Of a DNA stretch of 64,000 nucleotides, positions 48,790 to 61,853 are shown in pieces (positions within the stretch are counted from its first letter, which is position 1; the number at the start of each line of letters is the position of its first letter). This stretch comes from Phoronis australis (Eukaryota; Animalia; Phoronida): NCBI GenBank assembly GCA_002633005.1, contig NMRA01000866.1, forward strand, positions 37,120 through 101,119. The letters are read 5' to 3'. The notes beneath the pieces were generated by a model. The model saw only the letters and a list, made by a program, of their open reading frames with translations. It searched no databases and had not been told where the DNA came from. The translations under genes were made by a program, and so were the position numbers.

Positions 48790-48945
48790 CAGTGACGGAT
48801 TTAGGGGGGGGGGCAGGGGACCATGCCCCTCTACAATTCTCCTAGATTACATTTGGCAGTTCGGGGGTGCGAATTTCCGACAGGCAAAATCCTGGCTAAT
48901 ACTCTGCCCTGGTTCCCCTTAACTCAAAATTCTGGATCCGCCCTG
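48790..48945. mobile_element. Short CAG-terminal MITE; related pieces at ~16606-16764, ~19470-19545, ~23893-24013 and ~49216
   Basis: Ends are CAGTGRCGGATTTAG...CTGGATCCGCCCTG. The internal ATTACATTTRGCAGTTCGGGG...TGGCTAATACTCTGCCCTGG...AACTCAAAAT is shared with 23893-24013. Confidence 0.6.
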
Positions 48946-49644
48946 ATTACAGAAGGGGATGACGGCCACTTGGGCATGTTGATTACAACCATCTACACCA
49001 TTTAACTTTCTCAAAAAATTGACTAAAGTGCTTAAAATCACCCACAGTATAAAGCTATATGATTTTCCTCTGGAGCAAGCAGTGTCCATTTGGATAACTG
49101 AACGACGGATTGTTCGGAAAACAGAATTGCAGGAGTATTGTTTAAACTGGGAACAAATAAAAACATTAACGGCCTTTTGAGGCATCCCTGTGCACGGAAA
49201 AGGTACTTCTTAACTCAGTGGCGGATCTAGGATACCATAAGGGGGGCAGCATGTTGTCTCCGAGGATTGGGCGAAAGTTGCGGGAGTTGACGATGTGAAT
49301 GGTGTTCCCAAAATCTATCGGACGACTAGAAAAACNCCCTCGTCCGCTGCCGTTCCTAGTTCTTGAACTCCATATTTCCTCCGATTCATGCTGTTTAATT
49401 TTGCTTACACCAGCCAAGGGGGCTGCCTATGTAACTTATAACAACATAACTGATGGTTTAATCAGTGTGATGCAGAATTTGCCGAAAAGCATCCGGCATA
49501 TGGAAGACCTAAAGTATGGTCATTATCTCTACTGGGCCAGTGGTATTGTCAGGCCTGGGCAGCCAATGGGCTGAACAAATTAAAAAGCAACAGGTGATAA
49601 TATTGAATACACTTGGAAAAATTGAGATATACCTTCAAAAACAC

Positions 49645-50170
49645 ATACCTGTTTTTCAAAGCAATAAAGTTGTTGCTTCTTTCTCTTTCTTGAGTTGTGG
49701 TCCATAATATACTTTTCCTGCCCTCAAATGGTGCACTCATGTGTCAGAATGCTCCAAATTTGTTCAGGTTAATTTGGTGTTTCTGATTTTTGAAGTCTAA
49801 TTGGTTTTCTTGGGAAATCTTGGGCAACACCTGTAGCACTTTCAGCAGCTTCAGCTTTAGTACTACTGCTGGTGTCTTGAGACGTTGCTATGCGTTTCTG
49901 TGTCCTTTCAATTTTTGATGTGACACTTAATCTTCTACATGAGTATAGCAGGACATGTTATAACCCAGTTGGGCAAATCAGCTGTTTTCCTGCGCAAGCG
50001 CTTGTGACACCTCGTCTTCTTTTGCATCTAATTTATACTGATCTACAGAGTTGCACAGTTCATCAGCTTTCGTCAAGATGGTTCTCACGCTTCTTCAAAT
50101 TCTGGTTATCACAATTTAATGCTGTTTGATAGACCTTGAATTATACAGGCATCACACTCCATGGGAGCTG
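49645..50170 (-). mobile_element. Degenerate transposase fragment, possibly Academ-like
   Basis: Stop-interrupted frames read LGYNMSCY...KIERTQKR and SILTHECTI*GQEKYIMDHNSRKRKKQQLYCFE. They resemble the YHxxCY / CIIC...RKRKK pattern I recall from invertebrate Academ-type transposases; the assignment is unverified. Confidence 0.4.
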
Positions 50171-50995
50171 GCTTATTGAAATTACTTAGCACAACAATAC
50201 AACCTGGCTCTCTGACAAACGCCACCAAGTGACAGGAATGTGCATACTATTTCGTGCAACAAAAACACCTTTCTAAAAAATGTGTAGACGTGGGAACTTT
50301 TTTGGAATTTGATTTATACATGTAGGTGTATTATCTGGCCACATAGAAAAAACTATGTTGCCCCCCCCCCCCCCCAAATACTCACAACAATGAATGATAT
50401 GAGATTTTCTGACCTAGGTGCGAAAAGACTCGCGCTGTTCTTGTGCGCGTGAGCCTTTCGTTCGTAAGATGTTTAACACCGCCTTACGCAATTTGGCCAT
50501 TTTACTCCATCTTTAGGGGGCACTCAATACAGGTTCAATTAGCTAAATTATGTTTTTTTAAATGTTGTTTGCTTTGTGTGTTTTGGTATAACTCCCGAGA
50601 CTGTGGATCAACTTTGGCAACTTCATACCAAGGTTGCTAAATGTAAGCGATTCTAATTGTTTTGTTGCACTAGAGAATTTCCCGCGTTCAAAATTGAAGC
50701 TGGGTGTCTTGACTGGAAGCACGCGGGTGGTACGGTTTTAAAGACTAGACGTGTATCTTTTTGCTATCGTATGAAGCTTTTCTGGAATAAACCTCAATGC
50801 TGTTCGAATATAATAACAACGCATCAGTTATAAATTACTGACATTATCCTTCAGGGATTATCATTAGGAATTAAACAGAACACTGGTTTGATGTGTGTTC
50901 GTTTTGCTGGGTTTCACTCCGCAAACCATTTGAGAAGCTAGCAATTGTCAAATTATCCGCCAAAAGTTGGTCATCAAACCTTTTCTCTTACCCAT

Positions 50996-51521
50996 AGTTC
51001 AGTGTGTCGAACGCTCTCTACACATTCTGATTTTTCATGTACGACTTCGTAACCGAATGTCGTATACGACGAAATGTAGTGTATTCCGCCGGCTCGGCTT
51101 TTCGATCTACACATGTTATACCACTTGCTGCGCGAAATTGAGCACTCCGATTTTGCTCCGCCTCTCGTTCGACTCGGAGAAGTGGCATGCGACTTTTGAA
51201 CCACTGTCTAAGCACTCTGATAGTCGCATACGAAATCAGTACAAAGTCGTATGCGAGAACTTGGTGTGTAGACCTGGACTAAAAAAAACCAATTCGATAC
51301 TTTCTTAGTAAAGCACTCTCAGCCCGCACCAATTTTTGGTCTGTGTCTTCGTATACATTATGTCTTTCGACCACAGTAAACAAACTCCGATTGTCGTTAG
51401 TAGACTTTGTGTGCGACTTATTTCGAAAAATTGTGTCGAAGTTTTTGCCTACTCAATCCCATTATGCGATAGCCCAATACGAAGTCGAAATCGGCAAATT
51501 GTAGAGTGTAAACAGGACTAA
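50996..51521. mobile_element. PIF/Harbinger-like MITE remnant
   Basis: The right end is GTAGAGTGTAAACAGGACT|AA. There are inverted matches CTCTACA...CGACTTCGTA / TACGAAGTCG...TGTAGAG and an internal second terminus GTGTAGACCTGGACTAA. Confidence 0.45.
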
Positions 51522-52228
51522 GCCCCCGAAAACACTGACAAATAATTATCTTTATTAAAATCATTTTTCTTTAGAGGCTTTATGATGACGTAGAACTATT
51601 ACCTCTGTGCCGTAGGTTGCAGATATTTCTTTGTATAGTGGAGATAACAATGCTCTAAGCTACCTACTGACATTAAATGATTCTGCCATACTTAAGGTTT
51701 GCGCAAACAAAATTTATAGCAATGATGCGGCTCTATTCTGTTATCAATAAGTATATTAATTGACCTAGTTCAAGTCACGGAAATGTCTTTTAACTCGTTG
51801 TCAGTGCATGGAGGCGGTCCTTGAAGGTCCTGCAGAATGGAATGCTGCCATTTGTAGAACCGCTTGACTAAGGAAGCCTTATTACTTGGCAGTCTCTTAA
51901 AAAAAATTTTTACGTTTATTATTTAATGCATGCAACTTTAAGCGTTGACTGTATAGTTCCTCCACCAAGCAAAAGATGGAGCTTTAGACATATGCCTTTT
52001 GTTGTTACACCTCAGTGGTAAATAAAAGGTCATTGTCTCTAATGAATCTTGGATGTCGCAAATAGTAGCCTTCCACACCTGCATGTCGCGGTGTTATTTT
52101 CTTTCTTTAGTCGTGGACAGAAGGAAGACCGGGCCTCCTGGAAGCTGACAGGCGTGCCTCTTTTGTAGTAACCGTCACTGAGTCACGCAAATACTTCAGG
52201 TTGCAAAATCGCACAAAGTAAGACAGTT

Positions 52229-53300
52229 CTGTGTGTGTGTCACATCGGTCATGCCACGATAAAAACAACTCACATGCCTAAACATGTCGATTCGGACGTT
52301 GGCAAGTAAAAATTGAGTGTCCGTGTAAGAGTCAATGTTGCCAGGCCACTGCACACAGTGCCGTCTATTGATCAGCTAACGAATGGCAATGTAACCTACC
52401 ACCACTATCAAGCAACTTCGTCCAAGGTTTCGTTCTAAGCTAATTTCTTCAGAGTTTGGAGAGATCACGAAAGTCTTCGCGAGCATGGTCGCGTATAAAT
52501 TGTACTAGCTCTATGTCATGACTGAGCTTTCACTCGCAACAAAAGTTGCGGTGCAGCCAACGAGCCCCAGAGACAGGTACCAACTCGGAAATTACACGTA
52601 CGTGCACAGTAAATCATGGGAGAGATTTGTGATCCAAATTCCACGCGGATGACACCGAAAAGCAATTAAAACCAGTTTAAACCATGCCGTGGTGTCAAAA
52701 AAGCAACTTTCATTCACAGGCGTGTCGGATTCTATTTGCTCTCTCAAAGCAACGTCTTCGCGCGTTCTTTAACTTCGTTTCGAATAGAAATTGGATACAA
52801 TTTATCGCCCGTACATCCCGCGAAGGCCATAATTATTACCTTGACATTGACAACTGAAACTTAACTCTTTGGGACAAGGTCTTGTATGACGTAAGGGCGA
52901 TCAGACAGTTAAGCCTAGAAATCATTTGTACAGTGATCTGCGTAGCGAACCAAAAGAGACCGATTTTATGACGGTATACAGCCTAGGCCTATGTCAAAAG
53001 TTGTTGCGAGTTTATCGCTGTTTCATCACTACATTTCAACATTGTCGTCAGCTGTGACATATTGTCGTAGTATAATCAAAAATATAGTCAAAGTCAACAT
53101 GTGTACCAGATACGACAGAATCACTGCAAGCGAGCTACGGTAACCCGCACATGTTCAGTCTTGCGATTTTTTTTAGTACAATGAGCAAGTAACTGTTTCC
53201 CATAGTAGGTATTGACAAGGTTTTTTAAATACAACAGCAAAAATAATCCAATTTAAATGCCATCCAAAACGTGTCTTTGAGTTGTGTGAACATAGACCAT
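52229..53300 (+). repeat. ~1.07-kb diverged direct repeat, copy 1 (carries the empty TTAA site at 52861-52864)
   Basis: It aligns with 59117-59732 plus 61424-61853. Confidence 0.85.
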
Positions 53301-54910
53301 AGTACAGTACAGCCACTGAATTATTAGACTTCGTCCGGTCTGCCTCCGGTCTGGCTAAGCGTGAGCGTAACCGGAGACTGACCGGAGAGTGAGGCGTGAA
53401 TCAACCGTGACAGCTGGCGTGAGCCTAAGCGTGAACGAAGCGCGAGCGCACCGTGAGCCAAGCGTGAGCCAAGGGTGAGCCAAGGGTGAGCCAGGCGTCA
53501 GTTTCTCTGCCTTCTCTACAGTCGGGACATTCATTATTGCTATTTCAACTCGTTTAGCGCGACTAGAACAAAGTACTCTATTGTATTTCAAGAAACATTT
53601 CTCAGTGCTGGAATAGTAAACAACTGTAAGAACTTTGAGAACATCGGTAAGAAATTGCCAACTGCGTTTGCAATATAATAGGCCTATATATATGGTACTG
53701 GTCAGCTGTCTCAGGGCATCCCTATTATACGACGATATAGTTCGTTAAAGGAGGTTTGGATGCACAGACTGGTCCAATTACTCAACTGGAATTTATCAAC
53801 AAGCGACAAGTGAGTAAGGCTACCTTTAATGCTATCAAATCAACAAAATTGGCAGACATGTATCATGGATATGTAATGAATTGCATGAAACATTGTAGAT
53901 TAGTGGATTTATTATTTGACATTTTAGTTCTTGTTATATTAAATATAAACTGTAAATTGTGTATTGTTTTTCATTTGTGTTCAACCTGTTAGATCAGAGG
54001 CACAAGTGCCGATCAAAGTACATGTATTTTATGTAGATTGATTTTAGCGCAGATTCCTGACTGCACTTGAGAGCTCGCTTTACTCTCTAGTAGTGCCATG
54101 AGGGTAATTTTTATATAACCTCAGCAGGATATATAATGTATACTGAAACCGGGTATATGAGAACTTCGGCTTTCGAAGTCTAAATTCAAGTTTGCAGCTT
54201 TCACTGAAATGGTACCCGTGTGTTGGCCTTCGTATAAAAACTTTGAATGAAAATAGACCAACTGCCATAAAAATACAGCTTCAACAGTGAAGATCAAATC
54301 ACTGCCTGACTTGCACACCTACTTCTTCCTGTGTTTGCAGTTATATCACTCTTGTTATGCCGCGGCAGGCATTGCCACTGAGCCGAGGGTTTACGTGTTG
54401 CCTACGACTTCTGTGTTCCAGTCTGTATGATTCGGCCATCCGGAAAATATAAGACGAGATTTTAGGGATAGGAATACTTTATTTGTTTCGTTTCATTTGG
54501 ATTGATGTGATAATTGATATTTAATTGTTTTAGGGATAGTTGAATGATTAAGCTAGCATATCACAAGGCAATTTAATTGATTTTGATTTTTTATAAATTG
54601 CACATTCAGTTGTACCTAATAATTCCAACTCATGTCTCTGTTAGCCAGTTCATACGATGTTTCAAACGTATTAATCATCTTATTACTCGGCCTTTTGTCG
54701 TCCACCAGCGCATCACAATTTATTTTTTAGTACTATTACTGTAGTGGTTGTTTTGTCACCCATTTTAGTTACTTATGATTTTTATCTTTCGGTTGAATGT
54801 AAGCTATATTATACATCGCATATGTCTATTTTCTACGACTATTTCGCACTCTTAGCACTGTATACAGAATGCAGCAAATAGCAAGTGACATACTTAGCCA
54901 CTCGCCCAGT

Positions 54911-56427
54911 CGAAATGTTGGGAAGGGTTCCTGCAAAATGAAAAATACACTACCTGTAGGTTGGAATGATGCACAGACCGGCATCCCACACCCTAATTTT
55001 TTAAACATTCAGATAAGCTGCGCACATTAATTGAAAATGTCTAGGGTTAAATGACCACCAGCAGTTCCCTAGCAATCACGCACGATTTACCTGTGGGCAA
55101 TTTCAAGACAAAGAAAGGTCTTTTTGGAAGTGACTTCATTAAAGTCGTAGGAATATGCTTAACTTCAGACAAGAACAAAAGAGTGGCTGCCACGGAACAG
55201 TAGAAAAATGTTTAAGTAACAACATGACCTGCAGTCAAATGACAATACCTTTCAAAAGACCCCCGACCCCTTCCGTTTTCGCTATAGTGCGATAGGCATT
55301 CACGCAACCCGTGTAGTGTACGACTCGGGTGGCGCCTGGAGCTTGCATCCTAACTTTTACGACATCTATTGGCTGAGCACAAGTTACAGCCAGACCACCC
55401 GTGGTAATACCGGCCAGTATACGAAGACGAATATCTTTGCCACCTGTGAAATAGGTAACCACGACTATGATTTATAAATAACATATTTTTAAGTGTTTTC
55501 ATTTCAAAGCAGTAGACACCAAAAAAGATCAGTCAATAATATTTATTGAAGAAACGCACCATGTCCGCGGTTAAGATCGTCGTTAATGTTGACTTTAACT
55601 TACAACTTAGTTGCACTCTTTCGTTGGTCATGTGGAAACCATCAAACTTAAAATAAAATTTTTCATTATTTTTATCAAAACCAAAAAGCGACTAGGTCAC
55701 GTAAACACGTTTTCAACGACAAATGCTATTCTAATAGATACTCTTTTCGTTTCATTTTACTAAAACTTCATCAAAGGGTATTAACCCCAGTTAGTTCAGT
55801 AGAAACTTTAGCCCAGATAATGCTTATTCAACACAAACACAAATATTTTCAAGCTTAACTGCATTTAATATATAATTGTCACATTATTTTTTTTGTTTTT
55901 GGTGATACATCACCACCCGAGTGACAGCTTAGTATCCATGTATTGTAGGTACTCACTCAACTACAGCCTTGTGTACTGAGGTTTCCGCGGAAACCCCCCA
56001 CCCCCACTTTTTAAAAACACTTTCAAAATATCTAGTACAATAAGGCTACCTCCGACAAACAGGACTAAAAGTTACGAAGTGTAAACATTTTAGCGCCATC
56101 TTTCGACTGGTGAAACTCATCTGGTGTTTTAGGTTGGTGGATGTACAGGCAAGAGTACCCTTAAACAAACTCTCAGGCAGTAAAACCCCCATAAGACAAC
56201 GGAAATCCTCTTAACAGTGGATCCAAATAAACTTTGGTGTGCTTTCTTCACTTCATCATTGAGCCTGACACGAACCGATGCGAAACACATCTGTCGCTGG
56301 AGTCCAGCAGCAAGACCACCGTACAAGGCGCCAGGGCCTTCCTGTTTGCTGATTGTCACAACTGAGCCAAAATCTCCTTATATTTGAACGTTTTAACACT
56401 CGCCGCAGTGGTTCCTTCACCCTGAAT
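54911..56427 (-). pseudogene. Mitochondrial uncoupling protein (UCP2/3-like, SLC25) pseudogene fragment
   Basis: Exon 56215-56427 reads IQGE...[24 protein letters not shown]. It has a 1-nt deletion frameshift near 56378, and its phase-1 donor reads TTAAG instead of GTAAG. Exon 55249-55443 reads RILAGITTGGLAVTCAQPIDVVKVRMQA...EGVGGLLKG. The next exon gives only GTLPNIS (54911-54930) and then loses similarity. No first coding exon or 3' exons were found. Confidence 0.85.
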
Positions 56428-56859
56428 CTGTTAATAGTAATAGAAAAAAGTGAGATAAAAAGAAACACTTACTGTCAAAAGCCGCACTAAAAAGACAGCA
56501 GCAATCGCTGTGCAGAGAAACCAGTAACTGAAAACCGTAATTCAGTATAGATGTATGTTACGATGAGCATCGAATTTTTACTTTACGCATGTTGGAAATA
56601 GCCGCTTGTAGCATTCAACAACACTGAATATCGGTGCATATTAATATCTGCGTAATTTTACAACGACATTAAGTTAAAAAACAAAATTTGTCATTTAAAA
56701 GGATACAAAAACCCTGTTTCGATTGGCGTTATTTCACCTGCTAATGCATCATTGGCGTAAATCTAGAAAGATAGAAACAGTTATACCACAATATTAGCCT
56801 CGAATGGCAGATACAACCATAAAGTTATCTCACTAGTAAGATAACATTTTGGCGGGAAA

Positions 56860-56930
56860 CCGAGGCCGGATTCGAAACCGGGCCTCAAGAGTTTCGAGTC
56901 GCCGACTTTACCACTACACCACTCAGCGGC
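56860..56930 (-). mobile_element. tRNA-derived SINE head
   Basis: The minus strand has an A box TGGTGTAGTGG and a B box-like GGTTTCGAATCC, with no canonical acceptor stem. Confidence 0.6.
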
Positions 56931-57463
56931 TGACGACATCGAACGTGAAAATAGAATACTTAAATGAGCACGCGCACCAATCGCATGTTCAGCAAAGGGC
57001 ACTGCACCGACATTTATACGCTATGAAAAATAAAACGCATAATTTCCATAAAAACGATATTTTAATTCACTGAATGTTTTCTCTCGTGTTCTCTCACTTG
57101 TAAATCACCGATCTCCAATTTGAATGCGGATATCGTGTCGCCGGGATCATTTGACTTGAGCGTTATAGTCAGTTACTAGTAGTAATCTACTTTAGCAGAC
57201 GATATTTTCCCGGCGTGATAAAATGTGTAGTAAGCTATAATAGTTGCTAAACCTTAAGTTATAGATTCACTTCATTTCTATTTTGTTTAAATTTCCAATT
57301 GGTTTTGAGTAAAAGCGTTATTTGACAAAAATAGCTCGGCTTTTCTTAAAAGGTCACGACCTCCGACCCCGGGTCTCTGACATAGAAAGTAGTTACAAAG
57401 CCGAGGCGAGTCGATAAAGGTAGATCGATTCATTGCAATGTTTCTCGTTTAGTATGGGGTATA

Positions 57464-57602
57464 AATAGATTATTACATGTTCTCAGTCGTTATCCCCCTT
57501 ATCTAGAGCCCTCGTGGATTTTGGAGAGTTATCACCCTCTCTCCAAAATCCACTCGGGCTCTAGATAACGGGGGATAACGACTTCGCCATGTAATAATCT
57601 AT
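57464..57602. repeat. Near-perfect ~140-bp palindrome (hairpin MITE)
   Basis: ATAGATTATTACATG...GTCGTTATCCCC..TTATCTAGAGCCC..GTGGATTTTGGAGAG is mirrored by CTCTCCAAAATCCAC..GGGCTCTAGATAA..GGGGATAACGAC...CATGTAATAATCTAT. Confidence 0.85.
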
Positions 57603-59116
57603 ATGAATCAACTAAAAACGTATACTGTCTGTGTCACAGATTAGACATTATGGTTATTGGTGGTTTTTTCCGTTCTCCACAGTTGCCTTGAAATTCGCAA
57701 AAAGCATAGGTCACGCTCATCCGTTTAGTAGACCGCGAAAAGAGTTTTCAAATTTCCATTCCAACTTTTGTGGGTGGTCGAGGGTAACAGGGCATTATTT
57801 TGTTTCAGAGAATTGGATGGGAAAGTCGTTTTTAATATCTGTTAATAGGTCAAAACCGGATTTGTTATCCTTTTAAATAATACTAAATCTGCGCAAGTGA
57901 AAATATTAACTCAGTGTAACCCTACCTGCAATCAGCAATTGTGAATTCTAACGTAGAATCGAACATACACAGGAAGTTTTGGTTAGGGATGGTGAATAGA
58001 GGTCCACGGTTAAAGATATGCGAAATGTTCTCTGTTCAGTTTCCCAAAACAGAAGTCACAAAGACTGTACATTCCAGGTGCGTTACGCCCGGCTGAATTT
58101 CTGAGGGTTTCCTTGCTTGGTTGCTCTGCTTTAAGCAGCACCATTCCCATTTCCTAAAAAAGAAGAATTCGAAAACATAAAAAGTCGTCAGATGATCATT
58201 CCAGAAAATTCTTACTACCCCAACTCAAATAATGGCGAAATACAATGATCTTGTTTACAGGACGTATGATGAACTTGGCTACAATCCTGGAATACAAATA
58301 TCCGTTCGTTTGAAAATATCACATGGCTCAGAAATTGTGCTAATATAATGAAATGCAATTTATTACACTAAAATATCCACAGACTCCAGTCGAAAAGTAC
58401 AGCGATCATGTGACTTTGCACGCAAAGCTTTACACGGTACCCGGATAGTCGTCGTTTAAACAAACACAAACCTTACTATCCTATAAGGTCATGCTTACTT
58501 CCCCTCATTGAAGCACCCTTTTCACCCAATCTCAGATTCAGTTGGCACAGCTGCAAGCCATTTCACCAAGTATTAAAGGTCTCGCGAATATCGAGGCTGC
58601 TTAAAATCTATCACCACTAGTACACGCCCGCCCTCTACTAATGTGAAGATTGTCGAATAGTCACATAATACAGATAAAAACAAATGTCAACATACAGAAA
58701 ACCCTAGTAATTCCAAATATTGCGCAATCGCTCTTTGACAGTGAAATGAACAAATAACAAAAACTGCGCTTTGTTTTATAAGGGTAACGATGACATTACC
58801 GTATTCATTTACATATAGTCTGGCAAAACGAGACTTACGTGAGATTGTAACGGCTACTGGTTCTTGGGTGGTTTCCGGCACACGGGAAAACCCGAGGTTG
58901 TTTGTAAACAAATACCTCATTACCACATTCGCAATTTAATGACACATATATAGCATCTTTAACTTGGTTATGATTGTGGTTAGTAGTACCAGCAGCTGCA
59001 ACAATTTTGTTGTTGTTGTCTTTCTGTATCCCATTTTACCCTATCGGATAGGGCTGGACCCGAGTTATACACGGGGCTTCGATCGAACCCCCGAACCTTG
59101 CCGGGCTACGGGCCTG

Positions 59117-61853
59117 CTGTGTGTGTGTGTGTCACATCGGCCACGCCACGATAAAAACTATTCACATAACTAAACAAGTCAATTAGGAAATGGGCAAGTA
59201 AAACTTGAGCGTCCGTGTACGAGTCGTTTTTGCCAGGTCATTACACACAGGGCCCGTCTATTGGTCATCTAACGAATGGCACCACAATCAAGCAACTTCG
59301 ACCGGGATTGCGTTCTAAGCTAATTTCTTAAGACTTTGGAGAGACCACGAAAGACTTCGCGAGACATGGCAGCGCATAAATTGTACAAGCGAAGCACTAG
59401 ATCTTACCATGACTGAGCTTTCACTCGCATCAGAAGTTGCTGTGCGGCCAACGGACCCCAGAGTGAACCAATTGAAATTACACGTACGTGCATAGTAAAT
59501 CATGGGAGAGATTTTGTGATCCAAATTCCACGTGAATGACAACGAAAAAGCAATTAAAACCAGTTTAAACCATCCCCTGGTGTCAAAAAGTCAACTTTCA
59601 TTCACAGGCGTAGAATCTATTTACTCTCCCAGAGCAACGTATTCGCGCGTTCTTTAACTTCGTTGGTTACAATTTATCGCCCGTATATCCTGCGCCAGCC
59701 ATATTACCTTCACAGTGGCAACTGAAACTTAAAGGAGCATGCCACCCAAAAAACAACCTAATTTGTACTATTATCAATTTAGATCGAGTTGTTCTACTCC
59801 ATAACGACACGTACGGTTGCGTTACCTGACACCTGACGGCAGACGGAGGTGTTGAAAATATCCAATGACGTCATCGGTTTCACCCGCAGTCTGTTCAGCA
59901 GTTCACAACACGGGTTAATGGTGTCAGCTTATCGCTTAAAGTCTTCGTTTAACACCAATAAATCATCAAACTTCGATGTAAAAGCCTTAAAAATACACCG
60001 AGTTTTTATAAAAACGTGTTGTACGTTTTATTTCGCTCTTACGGATTTATTGGTATTTGGATACACCGTAACCTACAAAGTTCGTCAGGCCAATAAGGTC
60101 CGTAACAGGAGTTTGCTGTCTGTTCGGAGATAATTTCGAAGTATTTTCCGTGAGATACAGACAGGAGAACCTAGATCTGTGTTGTTTAGACTAATGATTT
60201 TTTGAGTTATAAACACAAAACGCTTGTTATTATCCTGGCTAGTGGCTGGGAGCCCGATCAAGCCCGTCTCGGCCGGCCGGATTGACTTCATCAAGTTGTT
60301 ATCCCGGCCAGTGGCTCGGAAACTGATCAGACATTACGAACGTAAACCAGCCAAAGTTCTGTGGAAACTAAACTTCGAGTCAAGAAAATACTATACTAGT
60401 GAGCCAAAGTAATGAACACGTGATTATGTTGATGAATTAGCCACGAAACTGCAACTACTTACTCGTCGGGGCCGCGAATTCACTCGGGTTCCGCTTTGGC
60501 CACAGCACCGTCAGGGCAGAAGTTGTACATTGACAATCATTATTTGAGTACTGTAAACGTAAATAAAGATTCCCCTAACACCTAGCGGTGGGATGGAAAT
60601 CGAGTTGTTTCGCAACAGTTTCTGCCAGCAAACACTAAATTAGCATGAGCTCACACGGCCTCGGTGTGCCGTCAATTAGTTTTGTTGCACCTAAAGCCGG
60701 TGCTGACGCAGTGATTTATTAATTGCTGGCTTCTCAAATCATTTGCACTCACAAACACTCCAAAGGCATTACAAATTACATCTATTGAGACAGACTTTGT
60801 TTCAGTTGGTTAGGGTGAGAAGGCATTTTGAAACAGAACGCTCAGTACTAAACGCCAACATGGCAACTAGCAATCCCGTTTTAGGACGAGCTAGAGCTCA
60901 TCTGTTCCGACTTCGCACGTGGATCGTTAAGTTTTACAGGCTATCAATTCGAACAGGAATACAGTGATGAAGTAATACTAGAGAGTCGCCGCGAACAAGC
61001 TCAGACAACGGAACATGGAGTTATTTGGTAAGCCGGCATTCGTCACAGAGGCACTGTCGACGTCTGCATGCCACAGACACGGAGATGTTTCACGGCCTCA
61101 TACTTGCTATTTACAGCGTACATTTTATTCTTCACTACCATGAGCTACTTCGTAAGCATTTCGGACTCTCGAGGAAGTAAAAAAAACGACATACCCGCTT
61201 TCCTCGCAGCTGCTTAGTTCGGACAAGCGGGAACGATGCACCGCAACATAGCGGCGTTCACTCTGCATATGAACCACTGACGTCGCTAACGTTGTTTCTC
61301 ACCTTCCTCACAGGTTAACGCGACATCTCTTGGCAAGGTAAGGTCGACCGTATGCGAGGCGATGTGGATATAGACCGGTTAAGACGGTAAAAAAGACTAA
61401 GTTAAATCGGGTGGCATTCTCCTTTACTGTAACTATTTGCGACAACGTCTTGTATGAAGTAAGGGCGGCCAGCCAGTTCTCATGAAGTCTAGAAATCATC
61501 TGTGATCTGAGTAGGGAACCAAGGCAAAGGCTTAAGTCAAAAGTTGTTTTTACGGAAGTTTATCGCTGTTTCATCACAACGTTTCAACACTGTCATCAAC
61601 TGTGACATATTGTCATAGTATAATCTCAAACGTAGTCAAAATCAACATGTGTATCTGCTACGACAGAGTCAAGCAAGCTGTAAACTGCACATGTTCTCTC
61701 CATTTCTGTAGAGTGTAAGGTACCAGTAACTGTTTCCTGTAATTTTCACATCTTAGGTATCGACATGGTTTTCCTTGAAATGCAACAGCAAAAAATACTT
61801 CAATTTTATGCCACCCAAAACGTGTCATTGAATTGTGTAAACGCTTATGCCAT
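59117..61853 (+). repeat. ~1.07-kb direct repeat, copy 2, interrupted by a Kolobok family A insertion
   Basis: TGTGTCACATCGG...CAACTGAAACTTAA | element | ...TCTTGTATGA.GTAAGGGCG...CCAAAACGTGTC matches copy 1. Confidence 0.85.
59733..61423 (-). mobile_element. Kolobok-type non-autonomous element (family A), uninterrupted ~1.69-kb copy
   Basis: TIR AGGAGCATGCCACCC...GGGTGGCATTCTCCT with TTAA/TTAC flanks. It has a degenerate THAP frame on the minus strand (~61050-61255) and is homologous to 17463-21183. Confidence 0.85.

Noticed and set aside
52229-53300. LTR pair of a retrotransposon (with 59117-61853)
   Set aside because: There is no PBS, PPT, TSD or gag/pol remnant between the copies, so they are kept only as direct repeats.
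57925-58150. Candidate first coding exon of the UCP fragment (MGMVLLKAEQP...; TTGCAG|GTAGG donor)
   Set aside because: No recognisable PLDTAKVRLQ carrier signature is present and the frame has stops.
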